Part shown: positions 31,413 through 41,571 of the stretch, piece by piece
Layout of the letters: the number at the start of each line of letters is the position of its first letter
How positions within the stretch are numbered: position 1 is the first letter of the stretch
Origin: Paramoeba atlantica
Taxonomy: Eukaryota; Protista; Discosea
DNA length: 64,000 nt
Direction of reading: 5' to 3'
NCBI GenBank assembly: GCA_977017575.1
Contig: CDRNVI010000021.1
Location: 682,001-746,000 of the forward strand
Notes under the pieces: generated by a model
What the model saw: the letters and a program-made list of their open reading frames with translations, nothing else
Database searches by the model: none
What the model was told of the DNA's origin: nothing
Made by a program: the position numbers and the translations under genes

Positions 31413-32132
31413 ATGGATTACCAGTTCGCAGAACGTCGTCCCTCCAAAGTTCGTGGTCTCAATGTACCGCAGGAAATGGATCTTGAACGGCTCATAAGTG
31501 GTTTACACACGCGACATGAGAGTTGGAGTTCAGAGATCCCAGCTTGTAAGTGGGATGGGATAAAATGCAACTCAGATGAGAAAGTTACAGAAATACAGTG
31601 GAACAGTCGAACATTGAACGGAATCATGAATTTCGTGTACATACCAAGCTCTACTACGAGCTTCGATATTGAAGAAAACCGTATATCGGGAGAAGCGATA
31701 CTGAGCGATCTTTTCCCATTAGTAAAGTTGACTGATTTGTTCTTAGGTGGAAACCTCTTTACAGGAAATCCGGATCTTACCAAGTTGCCAAAATTTTTGA
31801 CTGCCGCATGGATGGAGGGGAACAAATTGTCTGGTGAGATATGTCTTACGCAGCTGCCTGTTGGTTTATTGTATTTGGACGTTAGTGACAATTTATTGAC
31901 AGGGAAACTTGATTTGGGAGCACTTCCGAACACTCTAAAAGGTTTGTACTTTAGTCAAAATGAATTCAAAGGAAATATAGATTTGTCATCTCTTCCAGAA
32001 AATCTTGACGGCGTATCATTCGATAACAACAAATTGTTAGAAGGTACAATAAACGTGAATCAACTTCCTCGCATGGTAAGGCAAAATGTAAAGGTGTATA
32101 TTTCTAATACCAAGATCGTTGTTACGAAATAG
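31413..32132 (+). CDS. Short leucine-rich repeat protein, same family as 3907 and 17370
   Basis: RPSKVRGLNVPQEMDL, IPACKWDGIKCN cap, about six xNxxxGxxxLxxLP repeats. Confidence 0.9.
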   Translation: MDYQFAERRPSKVRGLNVPQEMDLERLISGLHTRHESWSSEIPACKWDGIKCNSDEKVTEIQWNSRTLNGIMNFVYIPSSTTSFDIEENRISGEAILSDLFPLVKLTDLFLGGNLFTGNPDLTKLPKFLTAAWMEGNKLSGEICLTQLPVGLLYLDVSDNLLTGKLDLGALPNTLKGLYFSQNEFKGNIDLSSLPENLDGVSFDNNKLLEGTINVNQLPRMVRQNVKVYISNTKIVVTK

Positions 32133-32391
32133 GTGGGACGACAATATTTTCAAAACCTGAACGAGGAACAAAAGTAGTCGAAAGGCAATCTGAGCTCCGT
32201 TTTCCTTGCATTCCCCCTCTTTTCATCATTTTTCTCAACCACACCCCTCACCCCATCCCCCCTATCTCTCCATCCATTTTTCCACAACCCCAACCATTTC
32301 AGAAACGGTTCTTTCCTTTACAGATTTCCTTCTTTCTCTCACTTCTTTCTTTTGTCTCCTTCCCTTCCCTCCCCTCCCCTCCCTGCTCTCC

Positions 32392-33537
32392 ATGTCCCTC
32401 TGGGTCGACACCCAACACCCCCGCACGCTCGACCAGCTCGACCTCCACCCCTCCCTCACCCCACGGCTCCGTGCGATCGCCCACAGCCGTGACTTCCCCC
32501 ACCTGCTGTTCACCGGTCCCCCCGGCAGCGGCAAACGCACCCGTGTCAGCGCCCTCCTCCGTGAGCTGTTCGACCCCGACCACAGCGCCCCTGGCCGTTT
32601 AGACAAACTCAAGCTCGAGCACAAATCGGTGAAAGTCACCGAGAGTAAAACCGTGGAGGTCACGGCGCTCACCTCCCCGTACCACACCGAGATGAATCTG
32701 TCCGAACTAGGGAGTTATGACCGCGCGGTGGTGATGACCACGTTAAAGGAGATTGCGCAGTCGGCCCCGATAGTACGGGCCGGGGAAGGGGGTGTAGGGG
32801 GAGGTGAGAGGGAAAAACAACAAGGGGGGATGTTATCGCCTTCGTTAAGCTCCCCACCGCGTTTTCGTGTGTTAGTGTTGCATGAGGTGGATCGAATGAC
32901 ACGACCGGCGCAACAAGCGTTGCGTCGTACAATGGAGAAATGTGTGACGACGTGTCGGTTGGTTTTAGTTGCGGAGAGTACGGGACGGTTGATTGCACCG
33001 ATTCGAAGTCGGTGTTTGGAGATTCGTGTGCCGTGCCCGCAGGTGGCGCAGATTTCGTTGTTGCTGGATACGGTGTTGAAAAAGGAGGGGGAGGCGAGTG
33101 CAGGTCTAACGACGGAACTGCGAGAGGAGATTTTGCAGCTTGCAAATGGGAATGTGCGACGGTCGTTGCTGTTGTTGGAGTCTGCGTGGAAAAATAATCG
33201 TAAGATTCATATGCCCACGTGGCAGACTACTGTGCGTGATATTGCAACGTGTATTGTACGGGAACAGACGCCTAAGAAACTGCATGAAGTTCGTGGCATG
33301 TTTTACGATTTGTTGGGGTCGTGCATTCCCCCGGGATTAGTTTTTCAAGAGCTTCTTACTGCATTGCTAAAGCTTGCTAATTTTCCAGAGTCGAAAAGCA
33401 AATTGGTAGAACATGCCGCCACATACGATCATTCACTTCGTCTTGGATCCAAGCCTATTTTTCATCTTGAGGCATTTGCGGCGCATGCAATGGCTGTTTT
33501 TAGGGTGGAAGAAATTACAAAGAAGGCGAAGCAGTGA
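32392..33537 (+). CDS. RFC3: Replication factor C small subunit (human RFC3 / yeast Rfc5 type)
   Basis: MSLWVD..PRTLD.L, FPHLLFTGPPGSGKRTR, LHEVDRMTRPAQQALRRTMEK, PIRSRCL, GSKPIFHLEAF. ATG at 32392. Confidence 0.95.
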   Translation: MSLWVDTQHPRTLDQLDLHPSLTPRLRAIAHSRDFPHLLFTGPPGSGKRTRVSALLRELFDPDHSAPGRLDKLKLEHKSVKVTESKTVEVTALTSPYHTEMNLSELGSYDRAVVMTTLKEIAQSAPIVRAGEGGVGGGEREKQQGGMLSPSLSSPPRFRVLVLHEVDRMTRPAQQALRRTMEKCVTTCRLVLVAESTGRLIAPIRSRCLEIRVPCPQVAQISLLLDTVLKKEGEASAGLTTELREEILQLANGNVRRSLLLLESAWKNNRKIHMPTWQTTVRDIATCIVREQTPKKLHEVRGMFYDLLGSCIPPGLVFQELLTALLKLANFPESKSKLVEHAATYDHSLRLGSKPIFHLEAFAAHAMAVFRVEEITKKAKQ

Positions 33538-33869
33538 AGAGCCTTGTACCCACGCACACCTGAGTGATAATTTATATGGACCTTCTGCAAGTCCAATACC
33601 TTTTACAAAATCGTTGAAAATTTGAGGATATCGATGAATATTATCGCAACTTGAAAACAAATTTTCGTAATTACCCGCAAACGCCGCACCTGTGTACGCA
33701 CGGCACACCTAGATGGACAGTGTACTTAGGTCAGGTGTACCTAACTGTCAAATCCTTGTACACCCTCTTTTTTATTTTGAAAGCCTCATTTGCTAACAGC
33801 GTCTCCTTTGCACTTTAACCTCCATTGCATTAATCAATTACACATTGTTTTTTAGATTCGCATACTTTT

Positions 33870-35414
33870 ATGAGCGACGACACGAGATTTGATCAAGACG
33901 ATGAGGAAAGCGATCTTCTCATACCTATTGCTAGGTCGGAAACATTTGATACTTTTTGGAATTCTCCACGCAGATCTAATTCTTCATCAGTGGAAATCGT
34001 AGAAACCGAACTGAGTCAGAAATTTTTAAAAACGATGGCGGAAATTTATAATGATCTCGACTCTCCAGGCCAGTCTATGTCTTTGCTACATGCCTCTCTT
34101 ACTAGTCTTTCAGAGCTCCTGATCTTTGTTAAGAAAGTTGGCCTAAAAATGGAACGCTCTGAAACATGGTCCATAGAATCTCAAGATCCGCGTCTACAAT
34201 ATATTCGGGCGCTGGTTCATGGTGATACGTTGATGAGACTCGCTGGGTTTTCCTGGAAAAAATCTTTGCAAGCTTGGGTATTGCTTCTATCACGCAATAT
34301 TGATTTAGCACCCTACATAGTACTCGTACAGCGACATCAAAGCAAGACCGAAATTCAAATTTTTGATGAGCTTGCTCCTCCCAGAATAAATTACAGTTCC
34401 TTTTCCAAAACATGTGAATTGAATAAATTAGAGACGAAAGTAGTTGGGTCCTTCCTAGGGGGAATCTTTGGAGACCTGTTGGGTATTCCCTTCGATGGCT
34501 GGAAAACGGAAATCATGGAAAAATGGTTTGTTTGCGTTCGTGAAATTTATGCACTTCCACCCTCTTCAGCACTCCCAGAAGAGAAGTGGCATGATTTATC
34601 ATTTCAGAGAACATTGGGCGTCTACTCGACTGAAGTGTCTTCTATGCTAGCACTAACAAGAATGATTTTGAATAAAGATTGTCCTTCCAACTACACTGCA
34701 CTGCGGGAAGATCTAACTTACGAGTTGGGCCATGAACGTCCTCGAGGTTATTTATCTAGCATGAAGGCAAAGTTTCCATTTGATTCTTTGCATATCAAAA
34801 GCAAAGAACATATTCTAGCAAATACATTACCTTCGTCAATGTGTTCTGATCATGAAGACCTCATAGGAGTTGCACTTCTTGTTCCCTTAGCCTTTAAAAA
34901 AACAGGAATTGACTTGTTCAGGGCCATTGCCCAGTTTCTGCTTCCAACATTTCATATGAATGTTGTTATCACAGCTTACATACATTGCTTATCCATTTCT
35001 TACTTGCACAAGTGTGTCGATGCGAATCCGTTAGAAAATCTAAAGACTTTTCTTGCGGGAAGATTAGATTCGATTCCACATGAATTTTCGGATGCTTCCA
35101 ATGAGGCTAGACGTTCTATATTTTCGGAAGCAGAAAATGTACATCCTATCTTTCAGGTTTACCGAATTGTAATTCGATTATTCCTAAGAAGTTCTTGCGA
35201 TCCGTTGTCGGTACTATTGGAAGCGGTGAACGGTGCACAACCGTATCGCAGTCATGTAGCTATGTGGTTAGGGGCACTACTCGGCGCTTTTTATGGATAC
35301 TCATGGATACCGTCAAAATGGTTGCGCTGTTTGTCGAACAGAAAGATGGACTCTATGGAAGGGGTCGCAAGGGATGAAATCATAAATCTCGCATTGGCAC
35401 TTGCAAATTCGTAA
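33870..35414 (+). CDS. ADP-ribosylglycohydrolase-fold protein with N-terminal PUB-like segment; catalytic acids appear lost
   Basis: GSFLGGIFGDLLGIP and GALLGAFYG..WIP..W are ARH/DraG signatures; the expected TDD reads STE; YIRALVHGDTLMRLAGF is PUB-like. Confidence 0.7.
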   Translation: MSDDTRFDQDDEESDLLIPIARSETFDTFWNSPRRSNSSSVEIVETELSQKFLKTMAEIYNDLDSPGQSMSLLHASLTSLSELLIFVKKVGLKMERSETWSIESQDPRLQYIRALVHGDTLMRLAGFSWKKSLQAWVLLLSRNIDLAPYIVLVQRHQSKTEIQIFDELAPPRINYSSFSKTCELNKLETKVVGSFLGGIFGDLLGIPFDGWKTEIMEKWFVCVREIYALPPSSALPEEKWHDLSFQRTLGVYSTEVSSMLALTRMILNKDCPSNYTALREDLTYELGHERPRGYLSSMKAKFPFDSLHIKSKEHILANTLPSSMCSDHEDLIGVALLVPLAFKKTGIDLFRAIAQFLLPTFHMNVVITAYIHCLSISYLHKCVDANPLENLKTFLAGRLDSIPHEFSDASNEARRSIFSEAENVHPIFQVYRIVIRLFLRSSCDPLSVLLEAVNGAQPYRSHVAMWLGALLGAFYGYSWIPSKWLRCLSNRKMDSMEGVARDEIINLALALANS

Positions 35415-35423
35415 ACTTCAAAT

Positions 35424-35536
35424 TACCGTAGAAACGGAAATTAAGGAACATTTTAATTAAGGAAGATTGTTTTCTGGCACAAAATTATTTTCTTAATTAA
35501 AATTTTCTTATTTTCCTAATTTCCGTTTCTACGGTA
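35424..35536. mobile_element. ~110-bp palindromic MITE with TA target duplication (Tc1/mariner-pogo type)
   Basis: TA-CCGTAGAAACGGAAATTA ... TAATTTCCGTTTCTACGG-TA; inner TTTTAATTAAGGAA / TTCTTAATTAAAA also pair. Confidence 0.75.
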
Positions 35537-35733
35537 AATGATGGGATGGCTTTAGCAACTTATACTTGGCTGGGTGATAAACTCTGCCATTTCTATCTGC
35601 TTTTTAACAATTATATTGCAACTAAAAACCTTATCTTTTTTCTGTCTCATAAAAATAGTTCATATATAGCGATGAATATTGGCAAATTTTGAAGAATGGT
35701 ATACTGGTCCTCCACAACAAACGTCTCTGTTTT

Positions 35734-38703
35734 ATGACATCAAAAAGAAAGGGACGCAAGGCATTTGAAAGGAATGTATCAACTGAGACTTCGTCTCAGT
35801 GCACCGAGGAGTCGTGTCCGAAGAGGCAGTCTCCACGTCCATCGATTACTAATGAAGTTATCCGGTGTCCTCAAATCACCAATGATGGCATTTTAAATAC
35901 TTCATTCAAACAAGCAAGACAAAGCTCTGCACGCGCAGAACTACTGGCGCTCCTGTCTGCTGACAGTTCTCGCACGGACGACCTTGAGACAGCTCTGAAA
36001 ATTCTCTACGTACACTATGAAAGTCATCTCTCACAATGTAAGCATCAAACATGGAACAGTGCCTACGCTCCTGTGCAGCTTTCGAATTGTATGCTTCCAT
36101 TTGAAGACAGCGACTGTGCTCTCGCCGTTTCGGATTGGATGTCCTCTTGGGCTACACCACGACGAGCCCCACATTTACCTGGGGATTATTGGCACTCACA
36201 CCCAACACCTGCTAGCATATTTCCGAGTAGCTCAGAATTTGGTACATGCGATATGGGACACCTTCCTATGCGTACGTCACCACGCCTGGTTGAAATGGAA
36301 CGACAACGTGTGAATCGTATTCGTCACAAGCCAGGGTTCTTTTCTCCATTGAGTAAAATTACGACTTCTTTATGTTTTCAAAGCCCTCCAGGATGTGGAC
36401 TAAAGTCCTTCTTGTATTGCATGGCTCAGGAAGCTGGATTTCGAGTGGTGGAAATTAATTCCTCACAGTTACGCAGTAGTAAAGGCCTCGCGCCTCTTCT
36501 GAACGATATTTCACAAAGCCATGCAATTCGTCGATCTGAATTTGAAAATGGAAGAAGCGCTTGGGATGATCTTCCTTCACTGCCACTGATTCGTCACGAA
36601 AAAAATTCAAATTCGGTAAGAGATGTTTGCTTTCCGAAAAATACTTCCTCTTCAGAAGATAATTTGAAGGATACAAGTGCTTTGAAAAGAAAAACCTTCG
36701 AAACAAACGATCGTAGGTTTTCTTCAAAAGTCTCGTCTGGCAAGTCTGCTGAAAAAAAGAAATTAGGCGTTTCCCAAAATAGTGTGAATGCTTTTTTTTC
36801 TACAGTCAAAAAAGTACACACTGAAAGGGCCATAACAGAAGATATCAAAACTTGTGACTTATCCAAACCTTGTACAGAATTAGTGGACGAATCTTCAAGG
36901 GTTTCGAAAAAAACAAAAACTCTATGTGAGATAATGAAAGTGAAAGCACGTGCTGTGCAACACAAAACTACCGATACTGTCGAAGTTAAATCTTCTCCTG
37001 AAAAAAGAAATGTTGTTGAAGATCAGACTTCACCTGTTAGAGTAACTGCCGAAAAAGGTATTGAACAAGTAAATGCTGTCCACGCATCTGCCAATTTATC
37101 TTTCTCAGAAACAAAGGTTAAGTCTTCTTCGACAAGCACCTTGTCTCCCTCAAGAGCAATTGCACTGATTCTCTTTGAAGCATGCGACATTCTTTTCGAT
37201 GATGAAACTTCATTTTCTAATTTGCTATCAAACATTTGTGATTCTGCGAAATGTCCTGTGGTTCTTACCCGCTCTACTCCAGAGGATATGTCTCCGGTTC
37301 TACCTTCTTCCGATTTATTCACATCACAAAGCGGTATTTTACCCTTTACACCACCCCCTTATCTACATTACGAAAGCAATACTGCAAGCTGTGCATTTTT
37401 AAATTCTCGCTGTGGTTCTAATTTCTGGGGCATAGACATGCCAATGATAAACTGCTATGCGCCTAACGAGCTTCAAAAGGGCTTGAGCGGCAACAGTTCT
37501 GTATTCTACCAGTTTTCTCGTAAGGGCATTTTTTTCGGTAAAGAAATTCACTTCTTCTCTGCTCTTATTACCCACGGCACAACTCTGTGCTCTGAGGACC
37601 GATCTCTCTTGTTTCGCTTCACACTGAAGTCGCTACTAAATATTTTCCACTTCTTTATAAACCACTCACATATCCGTCCGTTAAGTTGGGAGACGCCCAC
37701 ACCGATCTTTTATCCATACCGTGGCAATTCAGTGCTGCGCCACGTCTTAGGATATGAAAACATTGATAGCTACTTGGAGTCAGCCCGTTGCACTAACGCC
37801 GTTTCGGAATCAGTTGATGAAAGTGCTGCAATTTTTAGTCACATACTTCCGGATTCCTCTTTTCTGTCAGACTTTTTGGTTCGAATGGACTTGTGGAACA
37901 GCTCTTACGCTCGCATGCCATTTCGGAAACCTTGTTACCTTTCCTTGCCTTCCTTGCCCGGATGGCATGAGAAGCGTCGGTCGCAATCCAGTCAGCCACC
38001 TTCAGAACCAAGAACAATTTCAAAGTCAACACAATCTAGAGTACCAGTATCTCATGCAAAGTTGCCTTTTCATGATGTAGAGAACTCCCAGATTTCTTCT
38101 CCCTGTGTAGACGTCGACTCAGATTCCCGTCCCTCTCTGTGCCAGTCTTCAATCGCTAGACTTCTGAGCTCAAGTCCGCGTGAGAGCTCGTGTTCCAGTC
38201 CCCGAATGGGGGAAACATCTTTCAGTGATGAGTCCGATGCATCTTCCTCATCCGAGTGCTCGAGCTTAGATATTTCTTTATTATGCCCTTGTGCTACTCT
38301 TGGGTGTCAGATATGGGATACGACTTGTATGACCCTGCCCGGATGCAACTTATGTTGTCAAGCACCATCTGCTAGAACGACGCGATTAATGAATCAAATG
38401 ATACGCTTTGCGGCCAGAGAAAACGTAAAATTTATCAACAACGAACCAGGCGCTTTCAGTTTGCCGAACCCCAAAACATGGGAAAATGAGGTTATTAAAG
38501 TGTCGAAAGGTAGAGCCTTGGCTCCGAGTATCGATCCTTCGTCTTTTGCTGCTTCTCAGATACGGAATCTCGCTCGATATTCTCGGCATTCTAGTAATTC
38601 CATACTTTCCCATAAATCTTTTCGTTTTCTTCAGACATCTAGGGATATGTCTCCAATATACGCAATGGACTGCGTACTAATATATGGATCAGCGGCAAGT
38701 TAA
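35734..38703 (+). CDS. ELG1: Elg1/ATAD5-like RFC large subunit (PCNA unloader)
   Basis: SPPGCGLKS..Y.MAQEAGFRVVEINSSQLRS and ALILFEACDILFDDE..F......AKCPVVLT match ATAD5 blocks; the Walker A is degenerate. Confidence 0.75.
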   Translation: MTSKRKGRKAFERNVSTETSSQCTEESCPKRQSPRPSITNEVIRCPQITNDGILNTSFKQARQSSARAELLALLSADSSRTDDLETALKILYVHYESHLSQCKHQTWNSAYAPVQLSNCMLPFEDSDCALAVSDWMSSWATPRRAPHLPGDYWHSHPTPASIFPSSSEFGTCDMGHLPMRTSPRLVEMERQRVNRIRHKPGFFSPLSKITTSLCFQSPPGCGLKSFLYCMAQEAGFRVVEINSSQLRSSKGLAPLLNDISQSHAIRRSEFENGRSAWDDLPSLPLIRHEKNSNSVRDVCFPKNTSSSEDNLKDTSALKRKTFETNDRRFSSKVSSGKSAEKKKLGVSQNSVNAFFSTVKKVHTERAITEDIKTCDLSKPCTELVDESSRVSKKTKTLCEIMKVKARAVQHKTTDTVEVKSSPEKRNVVEDQTSPVRVTAEKGIEQVNAVHASANLSFSETKVKSSSTSTLSPSRAIALILFEACDILFDDETSFSNLLSNICDSAKCPVVLTRSTPEDMSPVLPSSDLFTSQSGILPFTPPPYLHYESNTASCAFLNSRCGSNFWGIDMPMINCYAPNELQKGLSGNSSVFYQFSRKGIFFGKEIHFFSALITHGTTLCSEDRSLLFRFTLKSLLNIFHFFINHSHIRPLSWETPTPIFYPYRGNSVLRHVLGYENIDSYLESARCTNAVSESVDESAAIFSHILPDSSFLSDFLVRMDLWNSSYARMPFRKPCYLSLPSLPGWHEKRRSQSSQPPSEPRTISKSTQSRVPVSHAKLPFHDVENSQISSPCVDVDSDSRPSLCQSSIARLLSSSPRESSCSSPRMGETSFSDESDASSSSECSSLDISLLCPCATLGCQIWDTTCMTLPGCNLCCQAPSARTTRLMNQMIRFAARENVKFINNEPGAFSLPNPKTWENEVIKVSKGRALAPSIDPSSFAASQIRNLARYSRHSSNSILSHKSFRFLQTSRDMSPIYAMDCVLIYGSAAS

Positions 38704-38892
38704 TTTTTGTGTTTGGTTGATTTTTTCGTTTATACTTTAGTGTATGCTTTACTGGGCCCTTTAGGAATTCGATTTCTGCAAATATTTTTCAGTATGAATG
38801 CTTCGGTTTTTTTCTATCCTTTTAGTGAAATTGTAAGGCTCTAATGTTCGTGTTACAATCTTATTTATCTTTACGCGTTTCTTAAAGTTATT

Positions 38893-41571
38893 ATGCAGGA
38901 ACCTATTCGCGCGCTGGAGGCCTATCGTAGAGCAACCGATATACTCACTGCGGGAACTTCAACCCTTGAAAGGAAAACTGCGCTTCGCACTCTTCACGAG
39001 CCTCTTGGCGGCCGTCGGCGTGTTAACTACTGGCACCCCGTCATGGAGAAAATCATCCACATGCATCTTGAGCTTTGTATTGAGCTAAACCAACTTGAGT
39101 TAGCGCAGAAGGCCCTGGATCACTACAAGAAAATAACGCAACATAATAACGCGACGTCCCTTCAGGAAGTGGTGATCAAATTTGTGACTGCTCTGGACAA
39201 GAAATTAATGAGCGGTTCACTAGAAACAGACGTCACCGAGAGCTCTGTGTCACTCTTTCCTCTCGAGGAAGAGCTTCGCGCGGCTGCCTTTGATGCCGAC
39301 GGTTTTCAAGAGACTGTAGATCGAAAGAAGCTTCAGCCTCACGCACGCACTACATGGGAAGCGTATCGGTTCTCTCTTGACTTACTCAAGACAAATCCCA
39401 AGCTGACGACTTTATTTCTGCAAACGGTTCAGCGTTGTGCGACTTTTTGTGAGGAGCACAACCGTGCTGCGGAACTTCGAGATCTATTGCGTGTGGCTCG
39501 GAAGCACCTCGATCGCGTACCAAAGCTTATCGCCCATCCCTCAGGAGATCTTCGCAAATTTCTTATCGGCACTCCAGACATTCTGCATGCCTACTTGGAT
39601 ACATGGGCCCGTCTTTTCCGTGTCGTCACAGCACCTTCTATGCGAATGTGGCAAGAGGCTTACCGCCTTGTCGAAACGATGAATTTTACTATGACGGAAG
39701 CTTTTCCTGGTTTAAACCCGCAGCCTTCCCAAATTATCACCTATTTTGACTGTTTGGCGAAAGTCTTTTGGGCTGCCACGATTGGCACTCACCACTACTT
39801 GTACCATGCTTATGCCTTACTTCACCTATGGAAGCGAAAAAAGCGCCAAGGTGCCTCAGATAGCGAATTGGCGGGGAGAGTTTTAATTTCTTCCCTCTGT
39901 GTAAGCTACTCTGATGCCGGAGAGAAGGAGCGTGGAGTAGCGCAACGTTGCGCGCAGTTTTCTCTCGGTCTGCTACACCACTGGACTCGTTTACTTGGGC
40001 TGAAGTACACCCCTACCCGAGAGACGCTTCTCCGCGAAGTTGAAAAGCATGTGCTCCCTCAGTGCTCCGAACTGCTACGCGGTTTTTATGCCAAAGTGCA
40101 ACAAAACCTGCATGATGCCAATTTTCACGTAAAACTCGGAAATGATGTAGGTATATTGGAAAAGGATAACTTGTACGAAAAGTATATTTCTGTTATCCGA
40201 GTGAACATTACAACAGCCGTAATTTCTACAGTGTTTTCTTCCCACAGCGTTGTCAAATTCGCTTCCCTCTGCAAACTGTGTGGCGTAGAAAAATTTTCGA
40301 GTATTGAACCAATAGTGTTGAAAGTTGCTTCCACTCGAAAACGCTCCGCTCACATTGATCACGAGCAAGAATTTGTTTCATTTTCTAACACGGAATCCGA
40401 TTTGTTTACAAGCACGCTTTCTAACTTGCGAAACATTGTTGCGAACGTACGGTCGACGTATTTTATTTCGCAGGATTCTAACGCGCACGCTCGGCTTGTG
40501 CAAAAAGCAGCGGCAGAAGCTAGCTCAGAGCGTCAACAACTCTTGTTGCGTCTGGAGTTGATGGAAAAACGACGTGATGCGCATGACATTGAGAAAGAGG
40601 AGCACCGCAAAAAGTCTTTCCATGAAAAACAGCAGCGTGACGCGCACCATCGCCAGGAAGCTGCGAAACAACTCGAAAAGGAGCGTATCGATCGGGAAAC
40701 CAAAAACAAAGTTGACGAAGAAAACCAAAAAAGTAAGACGCGCATACAGGATCTCATAAAACAAATGGAACAGGTCACCGGGAAAAAGTTTTCTGAGCTT
40801 CATGATCTTACAGACAAGAATTCTTTGCTGCGTGCTGCGCAGAAACAATTAAAGGTGGAGCAGCAAAAGGTACAGGACAGCGCTGTATCTGAAGTAAAGC
40901 GCGCTGATTTTTTTGTTCGAGCAGTGCGTGAAGAGGAGTGGCCAGAAATTGAAAAAACGTGGGCTCTGCAGCAAGGCGAAATGCGACAGAATGCGGAAGA
41001 ACGACGAAAAAATCAATTAGAAATTCAGCAACTGAATCAAGCAAAAGCCGAGGAGACTAGAGCACGGTTGGAAATAATGAGCTCACGTCGATTACAGTGG
41101 GAGTCGGAGAGGATCGCTGATCGACGCAAGGCCCATGAATCTTCCCTCAAGAAAAGAACACAAGAGCAGCAGGTTATGGAGGAATTGGCAAGGGGAGCGG
41201 CTGCCTCTCAAAAGGAAGAACTTCCTGCTGCCTCTAACGCAAAGGCTACTTCCGCATCCGGTTCTGGTATGCATGTAAATGAAAGCACTGGAGAATCGAC
41301 CTTAACAGATTCTGTGGATTCCGCTGCAAAGTCTAAAAAATGGGTTGCTTCATCTAAAATGAGGGGTGTGTTGCCTCCACAAGAATCAGATTCCTCTATG
41401 AATGCTAGCAATAATGCAGCGGTTTTAAATGAATCATCCGGGACGGAGGCACCGACTCCTGTTAGCGCAGCGGCCTCTATAAAGGAAGGCTCAGAGGTTC
41501 CGAAAGCTCCTCTAAAGTGGGCTGGAAGGGCTCAGATGAAGGGATTTTTGCCTCCGCAAAAAAGCAATTAG
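38893..41571 (+). CDS. EIF3A: Translation initiation factor eIF3 subunit a
   Basis: W.PVMEKI....LELC, P..RTTWEAYR..LDLLKTN, PTRETLL, PCI region and a long charged coiled-coil C-terminus. Confidence 0.9.
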   Translation: MQEPIRALEAYRRATDILTAGTSTLERKTALRTLHEPLGGRRRVNYWHPVMEKIIHMHLELCIELNQLELAQKALDHYKKITQHNNATSLQEVVIKFVTALDKKLMSGSLETDVTESSVSLFPLEEELRAAAFDADGFQETVDRKKLQPHARTTWEAYRFSLDLLKTNPKLTTLFLQTVQRCATFCEEHNRAAELRDLLRVARKHLDRVPKLIAHPSGDLRKFLIGTPDILHAYLDTWARLFRVVTAPSMRMWQEAYRLVETMNFTMTEAFPGLNPQPSQIITYFDCLAKVFWAATIGTHHYLYHAYALLHLWKRKKRQGASDSELAGRVLISSLCVSYSDAGEKERGVAQRCAQFSLGLLHHWTRLLGLKYTPTRETLLREVEKHVLPQCSELLRGFYAKVQQNLHDANFHVKLGNDVGILEKDNLYEKYISVIRVNITTAVISTVFSSHSVVKFASLCKLCGVEKFSSIEPIVLKVASTRKRSAHIDHEQEFVSFSNTESDLFTSTLSNLRNIVANVRSTYFISQDSNAHARLVQKAAAEASSERQQLLLRLELMEKRRDAHDIEKEEHRKKSFHEKQQRDAHHRQEAAKQLEKERIDRETKNKVDEENQKSKTRIQDLIKQMEQVTGKKFSELHDLTDKNSLLRAAQKQLKVEQQKVQDSAVSEVKRADFFVRAVREEEWPEIEKTWALQQGEMRQNAEERRKNQLEIQQLNQAKAEETRARLEIMSSRRLQWESERIADRRKAHESSLKKRTQEQQVMEELARGAAASQKEELPAASNAKATSASGSGMHVNESTGESTLTDSVDSAAKSKKWVASSKMRGVLPPQESDSSMNASNNAAVLNESSGTEAPTPVSAAASIKEGSEVPKAPLKWAGRAQMKGFLPPQKSN

